Of a stretch of 64,000 nt of DNA, positions 27,131 through 64,000 are shown in pieces. Position numbers and translations under genes: made by a program. This stretch comes from Podarcis melisellensis (Eukaryota). The stretch's first letter is position 1, and each line of letters opens with the position of its first letter. The stretch is taken from the NCBI GenBank assembly GCA_964234715.1, contig OZ174276.1; one strand, 5' to 3'. Below the pieces are notes generated by a model. That model searched no databases, was not told the DNA's origin, and saw only the letters and a program-made list of their open reading frames with translations.

Positions 27131-28579
27131 ATATATATATATATATATAATCATAATAATAATTTACATCGGGCCAAATATTCTCAACCAAGAAATATAT
27201 TTTTTCCACTAAACGGTCAGCTAATAATATAGATTGTAATGGTACAGATATTTTTTATTGGAAGTGACATAAAATATAAGCATTAATCTGAAAGGTTTTG
27301 CTAGCAGTATGATACAAGGCGAAAATAATAATTCTAAAACTATAAACTGGCTTCCTTGTCAACCAGGACATGTGGTAGATTTCCTTTTATGCGGCTGTCA
27401 CAGCAAATGTTTAAGCTGTTTATCATAACCTTTAATTTACTCTCCCAGGTTCTGTTACTTTTTGTGAAAACAGTAGCAAAAAACAAAGTCGTTTTGCAAA
27501 GTTTTTTTGGGGGGAGGGATGTTGTCCTCTTGAGGGGTTAAATTGTTTCAAGGGTTTTCAAAATGTCTGAATGAAGGTGCATGCTGCAGATTTCTAGCTG
27601 TGTGCTGCAGATGGTCTTTTCTGCATGAGCTTTTTATCACCGTAAGTGTGTTGCACTTTTCCACTGGAATTATTGAAATTTGTCACATGCAAATAACAAA
27701 TGATTAGTTGGTTGTTATGCGCCCCCACACTCTCTGGCCCTTCTTGTTGAGGGTGCTGATGATTCTAGAAGGAATGATCTTGCATGTTCTGGCCTTTCCA
27801 CAGTTGCCCCTGTAGGGAGGGCAAATGAGGTAGAACAGGTTTCTCTTAAGGTGTTTTCACCAGTGATTTGTCAACAGCCAGTCTGTATGGCGCTGGACTC
27901 ACATACTTTCTGTTCTTCCAGCACAGAGATTCTAGTCTGAAATCGCTTCATGAAAACACCAAAGGCTGCACAGACACATTAATTGTTCATCTCACAGTCT
28001 ATTCCTTATATATGTGCCTTCTCAGAAGCAGTCCCCAATGTGTTCAAAGGGACTTACTTACTGGTAAGTTTCTACAGGGTTGAGGATTAAGTTACAACTT
28101 TTAGTTATACATCTCAGATTTTATCTGTTCATTTATTATCACATTTATATCCCACTTTTCCTCCAAGGAGCTCAAGGTAGCATGCATGGTTCTTCCTTCC
28201 GTCCAATGTTATCATCCCAACAACCCTGTGAGGTAGATTAGGCTGCGAGACAGTGATGGGCCCAAGGTCACCCAGTCAGCTTCATGGCTGTTATGGGACT
28301 CGAACCCAAGTTCTGCTGTAGCACTCTAATCTGTAGCACTCTAATCACTATATCACACTTGTAAGTGTGGAGTAAGGAGTACACACTGGGTTTGTGTGTA
28401 CAGGACTGCATGTTAGGTTATATTTCTTAGTCATCCTGCTCACACAAAAGAATTAAAAGGCAACTAGTGAAATCGCTTGTACTGTTTTTAATTGACAATA
28501 GAGGCCAATCGGCCAATCTTGGTTTTAGTTTAAAAGGGTTGGACCAAAAGGGAGGGTGTGGTTTCAGGAAGAAAGGGAG

Positions 28580-29185
28580 TGTGGTGGCCTGGGATTCGGA
28601 CTCAGAGGTTGAACCTGAGGAATCCCAGCCTGTGCAGGAGTCCCCACCTCCAGAACCAGCTGAGCCGGGGCTGGGGCCTGAGCCTGAAGGGTCCTCACCT
28701 GTGCTGCATCCTCAGGTGCAGGCACCAGCTGAGGCTGCTCTGGCCCCTGAGGTGATGAAGGACCAATTGCCTGCAGGTGCTCCACTCTCAGCCCCGTCAG
28801 GGGAAGAGGAGGTTGCCTCTGGGTCCAGTAACCCTCCAGCCTTTCCTGAGCTACAGAGGCTCAGGGCAGAGAGGTGGAGGGAACTTAGTTCCTGCAGGAG
28901 GAGTGCTTGCCTCCAGGCCAGGAGAGGTGAGTCACCAGTGGACCGGGGCCACCCTATGCTTCAGGGCAGATAAAAGCCAGTCAGCCCCAGTCCCAGATTG
29001 CGGGAGCAATGTTGCTAGCCTGTTCCTGCCTGTACCCTGTCCTGCTCTCCTGCCAGAGTTCCTGACCCCACCTGACTCTTCGCCTTGGACCCCGCTACAG
29101 CTTTGATGGACAGCCTCCATACCGCACCATTGACCTCGGACTGGACTTGGACCTCTCCTCTCGGTTAGCCCCCAGGACCAGCACA
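28580..29185 (+). mobile_element. Solo LTR
   Basis: TGTGGTGGCCTGGG...CCCAGGACCAGCACA inverted termini, GGGAG 5-bp TSD. Confidence 0.8.
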
Positions 29186-30600
29186 GGGAGGGAAGAAGTG
29201 GCCAATTATCCTTTGTGTGCAAGAGCCCCCAGAAGTCTGGACTGGTCCTGAGTTGAGGGAGGTTTCAAAAGTAAAGGATAAATTTAGGTAGAGGTTATCA
29301 GTGGCTGTGTTCTACCTCCATAGCAGGAGGCAGGAGGCAGGAGGCAGGAGGGGAGAGTGCTTTCGTGCTCAGGATGATGGGAGTTGTAGATCAATTTCTG
29401 GAGGACCACTGCCCCACATTCTCAAGACTTCTCACATTTGCATTTTAATGCTAAAATCCCTCAAAAGCATGCTAATTAAACAAGTTAGTCACTTCCTAAA
29501 ATCCAAATGTGCAGTAAATTTGAACATAATTTACTATTATGTGTAAATATATTCATAATTCATGAAACCATTATTTTTAATTCCTGAAATCAAACACCGT
29601 CTGGCTACTACTGTATTGATTTATTCAGGAAAGAAATGTATCATAACAACATTCAATTAACACATCCTGTTCCATGGGGAGGGAGGAATTAAGCTTAATT
29701 GTTTAAATAAACTAAATTTTAAATAGGCCACTCTGAACTGTATTTCTGCAGCATATTCAAATCCAGATTAGAAAGATTTTATGTCTCTTAAAAGACAGAA
29801 ACAAATGCTGAGGCTTAGGCCCTGGGATTCAAACATGCCGTACCAAACAAATAAAAACAAGTACAAACAATTTGCACCTTAAAAGCTATACATTTTTCAA
29901 TATGTAACAATCAGGAATGGATGAATCTGTCAATTTCAGTTCCTCTCAGTTTCTTACTTCTTTCAATCTGAAGATCACTTCTACACATTTTCACATCAGT
30001 TTGCATTTCCCCCCTTAAAAGTCCTCATGAAAATCAACATCTTTGGGTGGATTTTAATGCAATTTTGCCTAAAGTACATATTTTGTCAATCAATTTCCTC
30101 TAATACAGTGGATTTTTGTATGTTTCCTTCACCAATGCAGGTCTTTCTATGAACATTTTGCCCAAGTTACATTTTTGTATACATTACTTGGTTGGAAACT
30201 GCACTGCAGAATTGGAAGAAATGCAAATGTCAAAGGCCAGCTATGTTTCGCTTTGCATCTTGTTTCAGGAAGTGTGAAGTAAGCTCATGTTTAAGTGCAA
30301 ATAGAACTAAATTTCTCCTCCACCCCTCATAAACACCCCAAGTCAATATACATAGGATTGCTCATTGGCTGGAAAATGCCTGCTAGGCCTAGAACAAAGA
30401 AAGTGCATTACAAGTCTAATAGTTATGGCTGGAGGGCAGAATTAGTTATCATGGGAAGAGCAACTATACAGCAAGGCCCATTACTTGGTTGCCATGCTGG
30501 ATCTATGATGCTATAATCAGCTATGTGGTCTTTGATAAAGGAAACAAAATGGCATGTGTTCTACTGTTGAACAAATGGGGGTACGTACAGGATGCACGAT

Positions 30601-30958
30601 GGGATGCACGATGGTTAAACCACAGAGCCTAGGACTTGCTGATCAGAAGGTCAGCGGTTCAAATTCCCGTGACGGGGTGAGCTCCCGTTGCTTGATCCCA
30701 GCTCCTGCCCACCTAGCAATTCGAAAGCACATCAAAAGTGCAAGTAGATAAATAGGTACCACTCCAGCAGGAAAGTAAATAGCGTTTCCATGCGCTGCTT
30801 TGGTTTGCCAGAAGTGGCTTGGTCATGCTGGCCACATGACCTGGAAGCTGTACGCTGGCTCCCTCGGCCAATAAAGCGAGATGAGTGCCGCAACCCCAGA
30901 GTCGGCCACGACTGGACCTAATGGTCAGGGGTCCCTTTAGCTTTACCTTTACCTTTAC
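30601..30958 (+). mobile_element. Sauria SINE
   Basis: Matches the other copies in the window; (ACCTTT)n tail; flanking TACAGGATGCA repeat. Confidence 0.9.
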
Positions 30959-33396
30959 AGGATGCAGGACAACAAGAGGTAGGGGGAGCTTGAGGCATTT
31001 TGGCACCTGAGGTGTAAAAGCCCTACTTCTGCACTCTTAGCGAGGGGGCAAACTCTACAAGGAGTCTCATCCGCCAGTTGCATGGTTCTTTGTGTTTGAG
31101 CAGCATCCTTTTTCTGTCCACAGAGCTGACTCCTTGTTTTTTCTCAGGGATATGTCACAGATGCTCAGATTTATAATATAGCATATAAAGGTAGACGGTC
31201 TGGGAAGCCTCGTTGCCTAAAACTAGCTGTCTCAACCTAACACAATCACAAAAGATACTGGTGAGGGTTTTCAATAAAGTTGTGGCCAAATTAAATTGAC
31301 AGCCAATACATTTTGATGTGTTAAGTGCCTGGACAGTGAGGCCTGTTTCATCCTTGGTGTCTGAGAAAAGTAGACTAGGCTCCCCATTTCACTTGCTTTG
31401 TTTCAAGATTCAAGTACTTTGTTCCCATACTGAAGAAACCAAATTCTACCAACATTGTAGTTGCCTGAGTGCACATCAAACTGCAGAGCTGTGTAAACAA
31501 CAATTATGGAGCTTGAACTATTAAGTCAAATAATACTGATCAAGGTGCAGTCAATTGTGTGTATTAATGGTTTCTTGGGAAGCAAGCTATGCATGAAGAG
31601 GTGTGTTACCTGTTCCCCAGTAAAATATATGTATGCAAGTGCAGCAGCTCCACAATTACAAACTATAGTCTGATATCTTAATTCATGTCCACTTCCTTGG
31701 CCATCTTGAAATCTTCCAGAATTGTGATAGAACACTTTGAGTTGTGCTGGCTTTTTATATTTTGTAGAGAAAGGCTATTTTATTCTCTTTGCATAGAAGG
31801 TGCAATAGCAGCACCAGATCACATGTTGTAACAACTAAGTAGCTTGATAAGAGTCTAAACTTTCAGCCTAAAACTGTTAGGATGAAAGAGATGTTCTAAT
31901 TTTTAATACTAATGAAAATGTGTAAGTAACCACACCAAAATAGTGATATTAATTGGATATATGCAGTTTTGAAGACTAATTAGACTGGATATAAATAAAG
32001 TATCAGTTATAAGGATGAAGGAACGTCTGTATTAAAAGAAGGAGGGTCTACAATCTCAAAAGTGGTTGCTCTGGAATCTATGATCACTTTGTGTTGTTAG
32101 ATAGTTGTACTTGACCATCTGTTAACTGTCAAAAAATTGTTAAGTGTACCTAGGTGATCCCAGCATTCACCTTGGGTTTGGCTTCCTTGGACTGCAGATT
32201 ACTAGAGACTGGTGCCATTCTGTGATACAAGTTTTATCTACACATATATACAGGCTGAGAAGAAGAGAGAATGCTCACTGCATTCCATCAGATTTCCAAG
32301 AAGTGTCTCATCACCATAGTGTTGGTGTCCCACAGAGACAACAAGTCTCTGTTGACAAGTCAGGGCTCTATCTCTCTTTCCATCCCAGTTCCAAGACTGC
32401 ATGGATATTGTTCTCTCTTAAAATTGCCAAGACACACTGATGGCATTACCTCCATTCGGGAAGGAAGAAAAACATGCCCCTCTTCTGCTCACCTTCCTGA
32501 TCTCCAGGTATTTAGTTTATGTGGATTTGGAGTTGTTCTTTTAGCATGAAGACATGTGAAGAATCCCAGCAAGTCCAAAGTTGAGCTATGAGCATGCTCT
32601 TAGTCACAAATTAATCTTCATATACACAAAAAAAACATGGATTGCCATCTGTCAATAGTTCCATCAGCATATTTGCTTACGGACTTGAGGATAGAGACAG
32701 ATTCAAAGCCTTAGAAAGATAATGAAAAATGAGATTGCTTTGACGTTTTGGAATATTGCTATAAACATACACACAGATGCAATTGTCTGGCTGACAGTGG
32801 GCCCAAAAGGCAAATGCTCTGCCTTTTTAATTGGCTTTAGCAAGAGCTTGCAATATTGTTGAAAGAGGAATCCTGAAGTTCCATCCCTTCAAGACTAGTA
32901 GATTTATATAGTTTGCTCTATTCCTGTGGCTCAGGGTGAATAACAGTAGTGTTACGTTAAAGAAAGGAAGGGAAACTGTTGTGTCCCTGAAGGAATGACA
33001 GTCAAAGCTAACTGTCAGACAAAAACTTTGGACGAGAACGACAGCAAAAAAGTGGTCAGAGGCTGAATTGTACAAAATAGTATAACAGTGCACTGAACTA
33101 AAACCCAGTCAGATCAGAAAGAAATATAATTTTCAACACAGTTTAAACATTTCAAAACAACATATAAGTTGCAACATAACAAACCATTCTTGGGTGCAAC
33201 TAAACTCTCTGTATGTATCCATCTGTGTTTGTTTTTTTAAAACATTTCCCCACTTCTGTGTGACTTTAAGAGCACATTTTTGTGCTACATGCATTTCAAT
33301 ATTTAGAATCTCTTTTTGTTTGTTTTCTAATATAGCATCTATATTGATTTGTGGTTGTGGAAATCCTTTGGTTGGATGCTTCACTGAGGTTCTATT

Positions 33397-34430
33397 GTGT
33401 GGACAGGAGGAGTCCCCCCAACCCCAGGCGACCCTGAGGGAATAATGACTCAAGACAATGTGCTATGGGATTAAAATTGGCCACAACTTTATTAAGTTTC
33501 AGATGTAGGGAGACCTTGGCTCAGGCACTGGGCATATATCCTTCCCAGTCCCCAGCCAGGGATCCGGGAGACATCAGGGTTATCTAGAATGTGTGGGGAT
33601 TGGGCTGGCTCTGGAGAACATATGTTCAAACAGTGAGCCTGCCCCCTGTTTTGCTGCTGTCGCAGGGGAGAACAATGACAACCTCTCAGCATGGGTCACT
33701 GCTTCATGCCCCCCTTTTAGGAAGGTAGACTAAAGGATTCCGCCCAAGGCCTGAAACTGCCAAAGTTGTGACATTTTGCTACGGGAAAGGCAAAACCTGC
33801 CAATGCAGGAAAATTCCTTTCCAGCCCTTCAACAGCGACCCTGATGTAGCAGCACCTGAGTACCTGTGGAAAATAAGTTAACCTGCAAAAGAAGACTTAA
33901 CTGAGGGAAGGCAGGGTGGGAGAAGCTCTGGAGCCAATTGATGCTTTGCAGGTAAGATTCACCTTCTGTTGTGTGGGCAGGGTGGTCCCTTCCCTTACCT
34001 GGCTGATCCCCTGGCAACGCCTTCCCAGGCGGGATTGGGCGATTGGCTGAGGTAGGTGGAGACCTCCAGGTATCCAGCCTGGGGAGGATGAAGCCACCCC
34101 AAACTACCAGGAGCCACACTGGGATCCGGGGGCGGGGGGCTGTGTGCAACCACGCAAAAGGCACCCCCCATTTGATGTGGGGAGTGGTCATTGTGTAAAC
34201 AGAATGACTGTGAGAGGCTGTGGAGTCCAGGTCTGCGGAGTGTCAGGCACTTGTCCAACTTCCTGTTTTTCCAGTCTTAGGCAGCTGGCACATGTGGAGA
34301 TGGGGTCAGTCCCCGGGTTCAGTGCTTGGTGTCACAAGTTGTACTGGCCCGCATATACAGGGATATGTATGGGAGAGGCATCCCAAGCTGAAAGCATACC
34401 ATCTGTTCTTGATGATGGTGGGTCCTAAAA
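33397..34430 (-). mobile_element. GC-rich non-autonomous element related to the 13753 element
   Basis: Shares GGCCACAACTTTATT (33479-33493 vs 13832-13846); boundaries approximate. Confidence 0.4.
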
Positions 34431-35539
34431 ATAACTAGACATTGTGTGGTGATGGCAGTCTTAAACTCTCCCATCGCCTTCTCATAGGGTACTAGGTCCA
34501 TGTTTTTTTTTAGAAAAAACTCATATTGTGCCTTTCATAAGAAGCTCAACATAGGGGACATGGTTTCCCTCCTTCACAACAGCTTTGAGAAGTAGATGAG
34601 CTTGGGAGACAGTGACTGACCCAACATGAGCTTTATGGCTGAGTTAGGATTTGAACCTGGAGCTCCTCAGTTCCAGCCCCACAGTTTGATCACTACTCCA
34701 CACTTGGTTGGATGCACAACCAGGTACATTAGGGTGCTAAAGTATGAAAGACATTGGGATCTTATATGTTCATAGGGAATTAAGTGATTGGTTTTTTTTT
34801 AAAGGTATTTATTTATTTAAAGCAATTGTGTTTATTTGGTACCATTCCATGCATAATTTTATAAACTCTATCGTGTCACCTCTTACTTGCTTTTCCTAAA
34901 AAATCCTGAACACTGCAACCTTTTCTCAAGCCCCTTGGTCATTTTAGTTGCCCTTTTCTGAACCTTTTCCAACTTGGCAATATCCCAAGTGAGTGTAATA
35001 TCAACGTCCAAGTAGTAGTTAATTTACGACCTTTGTTGCCACCAGTTAACCAACTGATTCTTTCCAGAAATATAATGGACAATAACCTTTTTTTCACAGT
35101 CCGGTTTAATTGAAGTGCTTGGATTCCAAACAATTTGCTCCCTTCAGCTTAAAAATCACCTCACTTCAGTTTCACTGGGTTATGGATTGAGCTGGCAGTG
35201 TTTCTTACCCTTTAACACACCAAATTGCAAGTCACGACAAAGCAGCATTGGCAACAGAGAACAGGATGACATGATGTTAGGCCCAGGTGGAGGCCAGGCA
35301 GAAGAGATGAGATTTTTCTTTCTTCCTTTCAAAAATCGATGCATATGTGTTTGAGAGCATGCCTGCACTATTGAGGGAAATGTTAACAAATTTAGTTGAG
35401 GCGTTCAAGGCCTGGTCATAAAGGGCAGAAAAGAGCAAACTGGTTAATTGAATTTTACAGGACCCCCCCCCCCCAAAAAAAAAGGTGGGGCGGGAGGGTT
35501 CTAATGATGCGTAGGCTGCATAATAATATCTCTGTGAAC

Positions 35540-36055
35540 CGTAAAAATAATAAAAGCTGAGGCCATTTCCAACATAATCTCTATCAGCAAGATGCCAGTG
35601 CTTTTCCAGATTTCCTAACAGGTCCCTGCTAATTCCATGCCAAAACTAGCAGTGGATTTCTTCCTTTTAATCTCCCCTAATGCCTTATTCGATTATTGTC
35701 ACTGCTCTCCGACCGGGCACCGTCCCTTCATACTGTAATTCCACAACTGAAGCACTCAGATGAGCCTGAACGACGGTGGGGGAATATCAGGGACCGACCA
35801 CACACACACACACACACACAGAGGGCGAAGAGGAGCCCCTGGAAGGCGGGGCTGGCAGGGAGAGGAGGGGGGGGGGGAACCAGCCCAAGTCCATCTGCCC
35901 ATCCACACTCCTCTAGAGCATTAGGTCTACGGGTATACTACTGGTAGTAAGGAAAACGCCGAGTGGGAGGACAAAACTGAAGAAGGAAGATGGGTCCTAC
36001 TCAGATTTGCTACAGTTGACCAGGTTGGCATCCAGCTCCTGGGCAGAACGCAGGC
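35540..36055 (+). promoter_or_regulatory. Putative GABRA6 proximal promoter / 5' UTR
   Basis: Largely non-TE sequence directly upstream of the ATG; NFI half-sites TGCCAA (35638-35643) and TTGGCA (~36025); TSS cannot be determined. Confidence 0.5.
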
Positions 36056-63663
<27,608 letters not shown>

Positions 63664-64000
63664 ATCTGTATTGAGCTGAATTTAACACTAAAGGAGAAGT
63701 ATTTGAATGAATAGCTATACCATGGGCCCACCACATACAAGTACTGTAAGAGTTTGCTTCCAGGGGTCCACGCACAAAGGCCAAATTGCACAAAGTCAGG
63801 AACCCCTGGAACTGCCTCCACAAAGTGCTGCTTACTGTGATCTGAGAAGGTCACGGGAGGCCCCCCTGAGAGCTTCCCAGAGCCCTCCCTCGACCTTCCC
63901 AGACCCCTGTAAGTGAGGAGGTGCCTTCGTTACCAGCCTCTGGGACACTTCCAGAGCCCTCACACCTCCTTCCCAAAGCCTGATAAGCAAGGAAAACCTG

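Noticed and set aside
28467-29106. Pro/Glu-rich ORFs
   Set aside because: They lie mostly within a TSD-flanked solo LTR; low-complexity composition

Overview
Vertebrate genomic DNA from a squamate reptile, most likely a lacertid lizard judging by its Sauria/POM-type SINEs. The first ~35 kb is repeat-rich intergenic sequence. From 36056 to 63663 (+) lies a complete coding gene for the GABA-A receptor alpha-6 subunit (GABRA6): 9 exons, ~463 aa, with the diazepam-insensitive FFRNG motif. The main discovery is a second, intact, highly diverged tandem copy of exon 7 (7b, 47189-47341) lying 87 nt after the canonical exon 7a (46949-47101). It has the same length and phase, near-saturated synonymous divergence and 13 amino-acid changes across loop C/beta10, M1 and the start of M2. 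The 87-nt spacer is packed with Nova-type YCAY motifs. This points to a mutually exclusive splicing switch producing two pharmacologically distinct alpha-6 isoforms. Other notable items: a non-canonical exon 2 donor, an internal GTGAGT donor in the last exon, two inverted-repeat Penelope-like insertions carrying hammerhead ribozyme cores in (TA)n tracts, an SGNH-hydrolase retroelement fragment, four solo LTRs with 5-bp TSDs, and many SINE, LINE and MITE copies. Repeat family names come from recognition, not database search.
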